The notes under the pieces were generated by a model. That model saw only the letters and a list, made by a program, of their open reading frames with translations. It searched no databases and was not told where the DNA came from. Source: Desulfocapsaceae bacterium (GTDB lineage: Bacteria > Desulfobacterota > Desulfobulbia > Desulfobulbales > Desulfocapsaceae). Taken from it: a DNA stretch of 64,000 nucleotides. The stretch spans positions 5,387-69,386 of the forward strand of contig JBJKRL010000063.1 of the NCBI GenBank assembly GCA_046704745.1, read 5' to 3'. The translations under genes and the position numbers were made by a program. Of the stretch, positions 50,465 to 59,954 are shown piece after piece; within the stretch, counting starts at the first letter, position 1; every line of letters starts with the position of its first letter.

Positions 50465-50944
50465 ATGTTGGTCAAAGATATCATGGAACCCTTAACCACA
50501 AATTGGTTGTCGCCGGATATGTCCCTGGAAGAGGCTGTATGTAAAATGGAGCAAACAAAATGGGGACTGTATGGCGCGTCCGTTAACGGCATGGTAGTTC
50601 TTGAAAATGGGAAAAAACTTGTCGGAGTATTATCGATCATGAATGTGATTAGAGCTGTGATCCCTTCCTATCTTGTACTTGATGAGAATCTGGGCGGTTT
50701 TACCTGGGATGGCATGATTGAAGAACGGACGGAAAAGGCTCGTGGCCGGAAAGTAAAAGACATTATGTCTGCAAGTTACTTGGCTGTTTCACCGGAAGAC
50801 ACCTTGATGCGATGTGCCGATACAATGATTGAACACCAGCTACAACGTATTCCTGTGGTCGAAAAATCTGGATCAGTTGCCGGGATTGTCCATATCCGTG
50901 ACCTCTACCTGGCTATTACCAATTTGATGTGCGGCGCTAAATAA
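50465..50944 (+). CDS. CBS-domain pair protein
   Basis: 159 aa with two CBS repeats (VKDIMEP...VGVLS and VKDIMSA...RIPVVEKSGSVAGIVHIRDL). Confidence 0.8.
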   Translation: MLVKDIMEPLTTNWLSPDMSLEEAVCKMEQTKWGLYGASVNGMVVLENGKKLVGVLSIMNVIRAVIPSYLVLDENLGGFTWDGMIEERTEKARGRKVKDIMSASYLAVSPEDTLMRCADTMIEHQLQRIPVVEKSGSVAGIVHIRDLYLAITNLMCGAK

Positions 50945-50954
50945 GGATAGAATC

Positions 50955-52319
50955 ATGGAGAATGCAGCTGTTGCTCAAACTTTTCAGATGAATGCCGCCT
51001 TTTGGATGGCATTAACTATATTCATAGTGGCCCTCGTGGTCATAATGTCTGAAAAAATTCATAAAACGATCGTTGCCGTGGGCGGTGCTTCGCTGATGCT
51101 CGTTTTAAAGATTCTCAGTCAGCATGATGCCTTTCATGCCAGTGAGTTCGGTATCGACTGGAACGTTATTTTTCTGTTGATCAGTATGATGATCATCATA
51201 AACCTGATCAGACCTACCGGGATGTTTGAGTATATTGCCATTAAAAGTGCCAAAATAGGCAAGGGTGATCCCTTGAGAATCATGGTAATTTTGGCGGTGG
51301 TTACGGCAGTAATTTCAGCTATCTTAGACAATGTAACAACAGTTTTGTTGATAGCGCCGGTTACCTTGTTGATTGCCGACGCTTTAGATGTTGATGCAAT
51401 TCCATACCTGATTGTTGAAGCCTTGGCCTCGAATATCGGCGGCACCGCAACCCTGATCGGCGACCCGCCCAATATCATGATCGCTTCCAAGGCGAGGTTG
51501 GATTTTATGGATTTTATCTATCATCTTACTCCTGCTGTGATCGTGATCATGATAGCCTTCCTCATCATCGTCAGGATAGTGTTTAGGAAACAGTTGAAGA
51601 CGAGAGAGGAGTTGAAAAAGAGAGTTATGGACATGGATGAAAGGGAGGCAATCAAGGATCCTATCATGCTGAGAAAATCTCTTTTTGTTCTGGCAATCGT
51701 CCTGATCGGTTTTATCATCCATGGCCTCCTTCATTATGAGCCGGCGACAATTGCCTTGTTTGGCGCGGCCCTTCTACTGTTGTTGTCAGGGACCCATGAA
51801 CCGCATCATATTCTTGCCGAGGTCGAATGGCCGGTAATTTTCTTTTTTATCGGTTTGTTTATTATGGTCGGAGGAGTTGTTAAGGTTGGTGTGATCAAGA
51901 TGTTGTCGGTGGAAGTATTGCATTTGACTCATGGAAATCTATTTGGGACCTCTATGCTGATTATGTGGTTCTCTGCGGTCGCTTCCGCTGTTGTCGACAA
52001 TATTCCCTATGTGGCTACCATGAATCCACTCATCGTCGATATGGCCCGTGAACTCTGGCCCCATAAGACAGGCATAGCACTCCTCCAATATAAAGACCTG
52101 ATGCCTATCTGGTGGTCCTTGGCGCTAGGTGCCTGCCTGGGGGGAAACGGCACGGCCATTGGGGCTTCAGCCAATGTTATTGTTGTCGGGATGGCGGAAA
52201 AAGCTGGAAGAAAGATAAGTTTTTTGAAATTTATGCTCTATGGGACGCCGATCATGATGGTGACGGTGTTTATCTCGATGATATATGTTTGGCTCAGATA
52301 TTATGTGTTCCATATTTGA
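50955..52319 (+). CDS. ArsB/NhaD-superfamily (SLC13/citrate-transporter-like) permease
   Basis: 454 aa, polytopic, with internal two-fold repeat motifs (LDNVTTVLLIAP and VDNIPYVATMNP) typical of this superfamily. Confidence 0.7.
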   Translation: MENAAVAQTFQMNAAFWMALTIFIVALVVIMSEKIHKTIVAVGGASLMLVLKILSQHDAFHASEFGIDWNVIFLLISMMIIINLIRPTGMFEYIAIKSAKIGKGDPLRIMVILAVVTAVISAILDNVTTVLLIAPVTLLIADALDVDAIPYLIVEALASNIGGTATLIGDPPNIMIASKARLDFMDFIYHLTPAVIVIMIAFLIIVRIVFRKQLKTREELKKRVMDMDEREAIKDPIMLRKSLFVLAIVLIGFIIHGLLHYEPATIALFGAALLLLLSGTHEPHHILAEVEWPVIFFFIGLFIMVGGVVKVGVIKMLSVEVLHLTHGNLFGTSMLIMWFSAVASAVVDNIPYVATMNPLIVDMARELWPHKTGIALLQYKDLMPIWWSLALGACLGGNGTAIGASANVIVVGMAEKAGRKISFLKFMLYGTPIMMVTVFISMIYVWLRYYVFHI

Positions 52320-52624
52320 ATGAATTGAGGCGGATTTTTGAATATCCGTCTCGTCGAATTTTTATAGACCAAAATATAAGTTAGACTCCAATGAGTTGTT
52401 TTTGCATGGTCCGCAACTGTTTTTCTTTTGTTTCCGCCTGGTTGAAGGATATATAATTTTCCCGTCGGTGATTTGGCAAGCATGAATCAACGCAACTTCA
52501 TAGAGATAAGGCGGCTTTCTTTTACTTAAAAAAGAGACGATTTCTTTTTTTTCCCTACCAATTGAGATATATTGATGTTTATAAGTTGCATTGATCGATC
52601 ATGAAGGAATAAATTTTTCCTTTT

Positions 52625-52840
52625 GAGCCTTTTGCAAAATGAGGATTCTCGGAGTCTATGCTTACCGGTTCAAAATCAAGGCATGCGAAAAATTTTACCG
52701 CAGGCATATAATTGATATCGGAGTCAGAGTTTATGCCCGGAGGGTGCTTACCTCCGAGGATAAAATTTTGAGCATAACGCGGAGCTTGGGCCGGTAAGTG
52801 AGCCGGCGAGACTCCGAGAAGATTTTTTTGCAAGTGGCTC
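52625..52840 (-). mobile_element. MITE-like 216-bp element, copy B (reverse orientation)
   Basis: By my alignment its reverse complement differs from copy A at 9 of 216 positions. TTTT lies immediately outside both ends (52621-52624 and 52841-52844). Its 5' end is 46 nt from the cyclase ATG. Confidence 0.75.
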
Positions 52841-52886
52841 TTTTGAAATGCAAAAGGCATGATCAGTTCTGTGGAGATATCGTACG

Positions 52887-55547
52887 ATGTCATTGTTCAA
52901 TAAATTGTCGGGTACGGAAGCGACGACCCATAATAAAGGGGAATTACAGAGATTTCTTTCCATAAAGGCCAACAGTGTCTTCTATAGGATGACCATCGCT
53001 TTTAGTCTTTTTTTTCTTGGCCCTTTCCTTGGATTCACCTACCTGGGAATAAAGAGTCAACTTTTCGGCAGCAAGGAACTCCTCTATTGTTTCCTAGGCG
53101 TTTTGGTGTTCTCCCTTATTGGTTATATCATTTTGAAGCAGATTTCCGACAGTATCCTCACCCTTGAAACACAAATGGCTCGACAAAACAGCGGGAAAGG
53201 TTTGCTGGATCTAATGGGGGAAGATGAGTTGGGAAATATCGCCTTGATCGCCGATTCCATGGATCAACATCTCAAAGAGACCAGTCAGGCGTTAACGCGT
53301 AGAATGCAAGAGATAAATGTCTTAAGAGAGCTCGGCGGTCTCTCTGTGTTTCGTATCACTTCACAGGAGTTGACCGACTTTGTATGGGAAAAGGCAATGT
53401 TTATTACAGGGGCAAGCGGTGGCGCAATGTTTTCTACTACCAGGAGCGGCAAGCAGCAAACGGCAACCTGTCTCCATATGTCCGGAACGGGGATGTATGT
53501 ACGAGCAGGTGAAAGTCTTCCTGTCTCCGATTTGCCGGCATGCATTCAAGAGTGGACCGTGAAAATCCTGCAGAGGCAACAGATAGAAGAAGAGGGCAAC
53601 TTTTTCGATAATGAGGTCGGAAGTGCTATCATCATTCCTTTTGATTATAAAACGGGTCTTGTTGGGATTGTGATCCTTGTCAAACCCCAGGGAAGGACTT
53701 GGGAGCAGAACAGCTTGGGCTTTTTATCAACTTTTTTCAATACCGCCGGTTCCATGCTGAGGATGAAGGAGTTGGGAATTAGAGAACGGGAAACAAGCGA
53801 CGAGCTAAAATCCGTTTTGGCAATAATTAAGATCATTAATTCCAACCTGGATGAAAAAGACCTGCTGACAACAATTTCCGGACAACTTTGCGAGGTTATT
53901 CCAAGTCATTGGGTGGGGCTGGCTTTAGCCGACGAGATCAGTGACCAATTGAGATTAACACATCTGTTTAGCCAGTCTTCTGAAAAAACACAGACGGAAA
54001 TGCTTTTGAAAAAGGAATCCTCCTTGTTCCAGATGGCCATTGATGCTGTTGAGCTGATCAGTATTGATGACCTGGAGAAGGAAAAGTCCTACTGTGAACA
54101 GCAATTGTTTAAAGAACTTGGCCTGAAGTGCTGCCTTGTAAAACGACTCGATGCCAACGGTAAAGCCATCGGCGCTATTTGTTTGGGAAGTAAAACAACG
54201 AGGACGTTTGGCCGAAGGGATAAAAGGATGTTTAAAATGGTGGCAATGGGAATTGCACTTGCGCTTGAGCAAACCCGACTGTTGGCAAAAGAGCGAGCCA
54301 AGAGTGCGGAGCTTGAGGTTTTAAACAGGATCGGAATTGCTCTGACTTCTACAAATTTTGACATGAATAAGGTCTTGCAGAATATTTTGGAGATGATCTC
54401 CGATCTTATTCAAGTCGAAGCCGGCGCCATCATGTTGATCCAGGACGACCTACTTACTTTTCATACGACCGTCGGTAGCAATAGAAAGAATTTTGATGGT
54501 CTTCGGATCAGAATAGGCGAGGAAGGGGTGTCCGGATGGGTTGCGGCCACCGGTGAGCCGGTTATTGTGCAAGACGTCAACGACAACCCTCATTTCTGTG
54601 AGGATATAGACAAACGGACCGGCTTTAAAACGAGAAATCTTCTTTGTGTACCGATGATAGCCGGAGGCAGGGTTACAGGGGTTATCGAACTTCTCAATAA
54701 AAAGGTCGGCACTTTCAATGAGGAAGATCTGCGGGCGATTAAGTCGGTTTCTTCTTCAGCTGCCATTGCCTTGGAAAACTCACGTCTCTTTGGCGAGTCC
54801 ATGCATTTGGCGGAAAAGGAAAAGATGATCAGAACGATTTTTCAGAAGTATGTCCCTGAAGAAATTGTTAATGATATTCTAAGAAAAGGTGAAACGGAAC
54901 AGTTGACTGTCGGAGAAAAAAGGATCGTCACAGTGTTTAATGTCGATATCCGGGGGTATTCGTCTCTATCCAAGCAGGCTGCTACAGAAGATGTAGTGAA
55001 GGTCCTGAATTATTTTTTCATGCGGATGGGCAATATTATCCTTAAACATAAAGGAGTGTTGGATAAGTATTTGGGTGATGGTCTGCTTGCCATCTTTGGC
55101 GCCCCCATTTCTTCGAAAAATCCAGCCCTGGATGCGACACTCGCGGCGATTGAGATGACAGAGGCGATTGAGGCGGTAAGCAGACTCTCAAAGGAACGAT
55201 GTGGAGTTCCTTTGAAAATAGGGGTCAGTATCAACACCGGCGAGGCCATTGTCGGAAATATTGGATTTGATAAAAAGATGGAATATACCGTAATAGGAGA
55301 TGTCGTCAACGAAATGTTCCGTCTTCAGGATCTTACAAGAAGAAGAACCAATTCCATCTTAATCAGCGAATCGACGTATCAGCAGGTGAAACTCTTTGTC
55401 TATGCCAATCAGTGGCAAGTGAAACGATTCGCCGACAAAGAGGTTACTATGAATATTTATGAGGTAGTTGGGAAAAAGGTGACCTCTGATCTTGAGTATC
55501 ATCCGCGAAGAATTGATGAACAGCTTTATGAGGGGAGGATACACTGA
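52887..55547 (+). CDS. Membrane-anchored, GAF-domain-containing class III adenylate/guanylate cyclase
   Basis: 886 aa. It has two N-terminal TM segments and several GAF-like regions. The C-terminal cyclase domain has VTVFNVDIRGYSSLS, GDGLLAIFGAP and TVIGDVVNEMFRLQ. Confidence 0.85.
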   Translation: MSLFNKLSGTEATTHNKGELQRFLSIKANSVFYRMTIAFSLFFLGPFLGFTYLGIKSQLFGSKELLYCFLGVLVFSLIGYIILKQISDSILTLETQMARQNSGKGLLDLMGEDELGNIALIADSMDQHLKETSQALTRRMQEINVLRELGGLSVFRITSQELTDFVWEKAMFITGASGGAMFSTTRSGKQQTATCLHMSGTGMYVRAGESLPVSDLPACIQEWTVKILQRQQIEEEGNFFDNEVGSAIIIPFDYKTGLVGIVILVKPQGRTWEQNSLGFLSTFFNTAGSMLRMKELGIRERETSDELKSVLAIIKIINSNLDEKDLLTTISGQLCEVIPSHWVGLALADEISDQLRLTHLFSQSSEKTQTEMLLKKESSLFQMAIDAVELISIDDLEKEKSYCEQQLFKELGLKCCLVKRLDANGKAIGAICLGSKTTRTFGRRDKRMFKMVAMGIALALEQTRLLAKERAKSAELEVLNRIGIALTSTNFDMNKVLQNILEMISDLIQVEAGAIMLIQDDLLTFHTTVGSNRKNFDGLRIRIGEEGVSGWVAATGEPVIVQDVNDNPHFCEDIDKRTGFKTRNLLCVPMIAGGRVTGVIELLNKKVGTFNEEDLRAIKSVSSSAAIALENSRLFGESMHLAEKEKMIRTIFQKYVPEEIVNDILRKGETEQLTVGEKRIVTVFNVDIRGYSSLSKQAATEDVVKVLNYFFMRMGNIILKHKGVLDKYLGDGLLAIFGAPISSKNPALDATLAAIEMTEAIEAVSRLSKERCGVPLKIGVSINTGEAIVGNIGFDKKMEYTVIGDVVNEMFRLQDLTRRRTNSILISESTYQQVKLFVYANQWQVKRFADKEVTMNIYEVVGKKVTSDLEYHPRRIDEQLYEGRIH

Positions 55548-55717
55548 AAGAAGGTGTAAAAAGACATCTGCACTGAAAGTATCCCAAACAGTTTCACCAG
55601 ATAATTCACATAAACCGGGGGGGCTGTAAATATCCTCTCAAAAACTGGTCAAGATACGATCAATGCAGATAATGGGCGGGCCTTTAAAGGCCAAACAGCG
55701 TTCAAATAAATTATAAG

Positions 55718-55936
55718 TTAATCCGCTGAAAGAAAATTATGTTCAGCGGTCAGCAATTCATATTGACCGTTGATGATTATATATGTGCGATTGAACTGGT
55801 CAATATAGGTTTTTGTCAGCCGTCTTCCAACCGGCATGCCGGGAAGACGTTCATTCATGATGAACCCCCTGCCAACCTGACGAAGGTTGAGTTTTTGGTT
55901 GTTCTCTGCCATCTGTGATCCCTGAGAGTTTTCCAT
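55718..55936 (-). CDS. Hypothetical 72-aa protein
   Basis: ORF-track entry. The ATG is preceded by TTTAGGAACTAG. I recognise no family. Confidence 0.3.
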   Translation of the reverse strand: MENSQGSQMAENNQKLNLRQVGRGFIMNERLPGMPVGRRLTKTYIDQFNRTYIIINGQYELLTAEHNFLSAD

Positions 55937-55976
55937 CTAGTTCCTAAAGTAAACCGGCTGAATTCTTCTGAATAAG

Positions 55977-56168
55977 GAGCCACTTGCAAAAAGATCTTTT
56001 GGCCAAAACTCCGCGTTATGCTCAAAATTTTATCCTCGGAGGCAAGCACCCTCCGGGCATACACTCTGACTCCGATATCAATTATGTGCCTGCGGTAAAA
56101 TTTTTCGCATGCCTTGATTTTGAACCGGTAAGCATAGACTCCGAGAATCCTCCTTTTGCATAAGGCTC
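55977..56168 (+). mobile_element. MITE-like element, copy C (192 bp, internal 24-nt deletion)
   Basis: Same termini as copies A and B. TAAG lies immediately outside both ends (55973-55976 and 56169-56172). It lacks the CTCGGAGTCTCGCCGGCTCGCTTACCGG arm. Confidence 0.75.
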
Positions 56169-56470
56169 TAAGAATATGCTCTTTGTTGCTTATCCCCGGG
56201 ATACAAATTATCCCTCACCCAACCTTGTTACATTTTACTGCATACAATATGCCAAAAGAGCGGAGGATGTGCTTATCGCGGGAAATAGCGTTTGCGCATT
56301 GCTTTTTTTAATCGAAAATACAGCCCGTTAATTTTTTGTTGATGCACAATAATTATTTTTCTTCCCGTGTGCTTTGTTTTGTCAAATTCTGTTTTTCCGT
56401 GAATATTGGAAACTTTGTTTCCTTTATCAATACTCTCTCTGTGGAAAATGTATTGTTGAAGGAAAGAATT

Positions 56471-56499
56471 TTGACAATTTATTGAGTAAAATGTAATAT
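56471..56499 (+). promoter_or_regulatory. Sigma-70-type promoter candidate upstream of the sigma-54 activator gene
   Basis: TTGACA (56471-56476), a 17-nt spacer, then TAATAT (56494-56499). Confidence 0.5.
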
Positions 56500-56590
56500 A
56501 GCTGATGGAAATAGCAGGAATGGTATCCGTCCATTCTCTGTATTTTTGTTTATCGTTTTTTTAAACTTGTTGACAACAAAGTTTCCATAT

Positions 56591-58168
56591 ATGAACTCTC
56601 TCAAGTCAAATTTTTCTCATCCTTCGCCCATGCACCTGGCTGTTCTCAGACAGAGATTGGCGCAGGTTGCAGGTTCCTGGGCCATGGATGACTACAGGGC
56701 CTTCGTTACCTTCTATATCCAAATTTTGCCTAAATTGATGGATGTGGAACGGTGTACTATTTTTATAATGGAAATAGGAAGTAACAGGATTTGTTCCATA
56801 TTCGGTACCGGACTGGATGAAAGACAGATTGAGCCGCCAATGGAAGGAAGTATTGTCGGTAAGGTTGTAAGTTCGGGGATGAGTTGTATAGAAAACGATT
56901 TGAAGTCACATCCTGGTTTCCATGTCTCTATGGACGAGAAGACCGGTTTTGTCAGCCGGAATATGATCTGCGCACCGATAAAAAGTATTAGTGGAAACTC
57001 GATTACCGGTGCTGTAGAACTCCTCAATAAGAACAATAATGCGTCTTTTACCGATAAGGACCTTAAACAGCTCGAGGAGGTCTGCCAGTTTCTTTCCATA
57101 TCCATCGAGTCCATTGTCCTGAATCAGGAAATCCTGCGTATTGCCGGTGCCTTGAACAAAGAGGTCGACAGATTGGAACAGGCATCAGTCAGAGGTACGA
57201 AAATCATAGCCGAAAGCTCGGCCATGCGTGAGGTGTTAGATCTTGTTCAGGTCATAAGCAATTCCCCCATCAATGTTATCATTCAGGGAGAAAACGGGAC
57301 GGGGAAAGAGCTTATTGCTCGCATGATCCATGAACGGGGAGAAAGAAGCGGGGAGTTATTCGTGCCGGTAAACTGTGCCTGCATTCCGGAAAACCTGGTG
57401 GAAAGTGAATTTTTCGGCCACGAGAGAGGCGCCTTTACCGGAGCTGAGACGGCCAGGAAAGGTCTTTTTGAAGAAGCCAGCGGCGGGACCCTCTTTCTTG
57501 ACGAAATAGCCGAGATGCCTCTCCAGATTCAACCGAAATTTTTACGGGCCGTGCAGGAAGGAGAAGGCTGCCGACTTGGCAGCAACAAGCCTATCCATTA
57601 TGATCTTCGATTGATAAGTGCCACCAATAAGGATCTGGCACAGGAAGTGAAAAAAGGACATTTCCGCGAGGATCTCTTTTTTCGGCTTTTTTCTGTGGAG
57701 ATATTTATACCGCCCCTGCGGGAACGTCTTGAGGATATCCTTCCTTTGGCCTTGCATTTTCTCGATCTTACCAATGCACATTTCAAGAAAAACGTGCTCG
57801 GATTTTCACCGGAACTGCTTGATCTTTTCGAACAATATCCGTGGCCGGGCAATGTCCGCCAGCTTTTGAAGGAGGTTGAACGCCTTGTGGCGTTGACGCC
57901 TGAGGGGGAGGTGATTTCCTGCGAAAAGTGTTCACGGGAACTTCAGGCCTTTCATGAGTTGCAGAAAAAAGCCGGTGTTTCCGAATCGGCGACAGCATAT
58001 ACCATGGATTTCCAAGTCAAAAATCTTGAGGTCAGTTTGATAAAAAAGGCAATGAAAAAAGCAAAAGGAAATAAATCAAAAGCAGCAAATCTGTTGGGGA
58101 TTACCAGACAAGGGCTTCTCAAGAAGATGAAGAGGTATCATCTTGAGAAGACACGTCTTGAAAATTGA
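56591..58168 (+). CDS. Sigma-54-dependent transcriptional activator (GAF - AAA+ - Fis-type HTH)
   Basis: Walker A GENGTGKE, the GAFTGA loop (ERGAFTGAE), FLDEI, REDLFFRL and the C-terminal AANLLGITRQGLLKKMKRY. The ATG at 56591 is preferred to the TTG at 56546. Confidence 0.85.
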   Translation: MNSLKSNFSHPSPMHLAVLRQRLAQVAGSWAMDDYRAFVTFYIQILPKLMDVERCTIFIMEIGSNRICSIFGTGLDERQIEPPMEGSIVGKVVSSGMSCIENDLKSHPGFHVSMDEKTGFVSRNMICAPIKSISGNSITGAVELLNKNNNASFTDKDLKQLEEVCQFLSISIESIVLNQEILRIAGALNKEVDRLEQASVRGTKIIAESSAMREVLDLVQVISNSPINVIIQGENGTGKELIARMIHERGERSGELFVPVNCACIPENLVESEFFGHERGAFTGAETARKGLFEEASGGTLFLDEIAEMPLQIQPKFLRAVQEGEGCRLGSNKPIHYDLRLISATNKDLAQEVKKGHFREDLFFRLFSVEIFIPPLRERLEDILPLALHFLDLTNAHFKKNVLGFSPELLDLFEQYPWPGNVRQLLKEVERLVALTPEGEVISCEKCSRELQAFHELQKKAGVSESATAYTMDFQVKNLEVSLIKKAMKKAKGNKSKAANLLGITRQGLLKKMKRYHLEKTRLEN

Positions 58169-58194
58169 CCTTCCTTCTAATGTTTTCAATACAA

Positions 58195-59472
58195 TCAACG
58201 GACCAAAGCTGCCAAAGCCATTGTGAGCGGCGGATAGAAGGTAATTATAGCCAGGTCTGCAAGCAGTATCAGGAGAAAAGGAATAACCTGTCGGCAGGTA
58301 GCTGTCAGTCTGTCACCTGAGATGGAGGATGAGACGATCATGCAGATACCCATGGGAGGTGTCAGCATGCCGATGGCCAGATTGGTGACCACGATCACTC
58401 CCAATTGGATCATATCGATGTCGAGGAAGGGGAGCATGGCAGTGATCATCGGCACCAGTAGAATCAAGGCGGCAGTCGTCTCGACAAAGGTCCCTGCCGC
58501 AAGCAGGATGAGATTTATCAAAAGCAGCAGACCGATCTTGTTATGGGTGAACCCGAGCAGGCCGCCTGCCACTCGGGCTGGGATGTCGTCGATGGCGGAG
58601 ACCCAGCTGAATATTGAGGCAGTGGCAATGATGAACATGACGATAGCCGCCATTATGGAGCCTTCCCGAAACAGACGAGGGAGATCGCTTACCCTGATCT
58701 GACGATGAACAAACATGCCGATGATGAGAGCATAGAAAACGGCCACGGCAGCCGATTCGGTGGCCGTGAAGATCCCCGACAGAATGCCGCCAAGAATAAT
58801 CACCGGTGTGGCCAGGGCTGGGATCCCTTTAACGAAGGTTCGCACAACCTCTTTTGAGGAAAACGGAGTATGTGCACCGTATCCACGCCGGTGAGAGATG
58901 ATGCTTGCAACCACGACCAGAGACAGGCCGACCAGTATTCCCGGCAGGATGCCTGCGGCAAAGAGGCGGCCGATGGAGGCCCCGGTCAGGAAACCGAAGA
59001 TGATCATCGGGATCGAAGGCGGTATGATCACGCCGATGGAACCACCCGATGCCTGGAGGGCGGCGGCAAAATCGGAACGAAAACCGGATTTCTTCATGGC
59101 CGGTATCATGATGGTTCCCACAGCTGCAGTATCGGCGGCTGCCGAGCCGGAGATGCCGGCAAAGAACATGGCCGAGACGATAGCCACGACAGCCATTCCG
59201 CCGGGAAGCCAGCCGACAAGAGCTGAGGCAAAATCGATAATCCGGCGGCTTATCCCACCCGCTTCCATGATGATGCCGGCATACATGAACAGAGGAACCG
59301 CAAGCAGATTGAACGAATCCGCACCGGCAAAAAGCCTTTGTATGGCCATCATCATCGGGAATTCTCCTTGAAGCGCGATGGTGGCAATGGCGGCAACTCC
59401 TATGGCGATTGCGATGGGGGTGTCGAGCAGAAAGAGCAGGAGCAGCAAAGGCAGCAGGATCTCAACAATCAC
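58195..59472 (-). CDS. dctM: TRAP transporter large permease (DctM family)
   Basis: 425 aa, polytopic, with DctM-like glycine/proline-rich helices. It overlaps the small-subunit gene by 11 nt. Confidence 0.85.
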   Translation of the reverse strand: MIVEILLPLLLLLFLLDTPIAIAIGVAAIATIALQGEFPMMMAIQRLFAGADSFNLLAVPLFMYAGIIMEAGGISRRIIDFASALVGWLPGGMAVVAIVSAMFFAGISGSAAADTAAVGTIMIPAMKKSGFRSDFAAALQASGGSIGVIIPPSIPMIIFGFLTGASIGRLFAAGILPGILVGLSLVVVASIISHRRGYGAHTPFSSKEVVRTFVKGIPALATPVIILGGILSGIFTATESAAVAVFYALIIGMFVHRQIRVSDLPRLFREGSIMAAIVMFIIATASIFSWVSAIDDIPARVAGGLLGFTHNKIGLLLLINLILLAAGTFVETTAALILLVPMITAMLPFLDIDMIQLGVIVVTNLAIGMLTPPMGICMIVSSSISGDRLTATCRQVIPFLLILLADLAIITFYPPLTMALAALVR

Positions 59473-59950
59473 GGTCCCCTCCTGTCAACTCCTTAAGAAG
59501 AAAGTAGAAACAGTGACAGACAAAGATTGTGCCGCTAATCGGAATAATGGCAAAGATGATCCATTTGGGCAGGGACAAGGCCGGTGTTATTTGCAGGCGC
59601 ACAAAATAGCTGAAGTTGATACCGTAATAGACCATAACTAGAAAAAGACTCAAAGAAAGAGAATGGACGAGGACGGCATTGGCGCGATACAGCCGTGGTC
59701 CCATTTTCGCCGTGAGGATATCGATTCCCGGATGAGCCTTTCGCCAATATGCCGCGGTGGCCCCGAGAAAGGTAAGCCAGACCAGGATATACCTGGCCAG
59801 CTCTTCGGCCCAAAAGAGGGAGTGATTCAGGAGGTACCTGCAGAAGACCTCGAGGGTAACAATGACAGCCATGGTAATCCCGAGGGCGGAGAGCGAAATA
59901 TCCACCGCCCTGGCAAGTCCGGCATTGAACCTGGCAAAGGTTTCCAGCAT
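59462..59950 (-). CDS. dctQ: TRAP transporter small permease (DctQ family)
   Basis: 162 aa with four TM segments, located between the dctP-like and dctM-like genes. Confidence 0.75.
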   Translation of the reverse strand: MLETFARFNAGLARAVDISLSALGITMAVIVTLEVFCRYLLNHSLFWAEELARYILVWLTFLGATAAYWRKAHPGIDILTAKMGPRLYRANAVLVHSLSLSLFLVMVYYGINFSYFVRLQITPALSLPKWIIFAIIPISGTIFVCHCFYFLLKELTGGDRDC

Positions 59951-59954
59951 GGGA

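Noticed and set aside
52625-56168. A composite transposon made of the two inverted element copies carrying the cyclase gene.
   Set aside because: Each copy has its own matching 4-bp duplication (TTTT/TTTT and TAAG/TAAG). A composite unit would have a single duplication at the outer ends only. This points to independent insertions.
56546-56590. N-terminal extensions suggested by the ORF track: TTG at 56546, 17823, 6371, 27185 and 11487; ATG at 9746, 60971 and 61340.
   Set aside because: - The extensions are hydrophobic or low-complexity sequence not found in the respective families.
- A downstream ATG or GTG with a better ribosome-binding site, or a better family-typical N-terminus, exists in each case.
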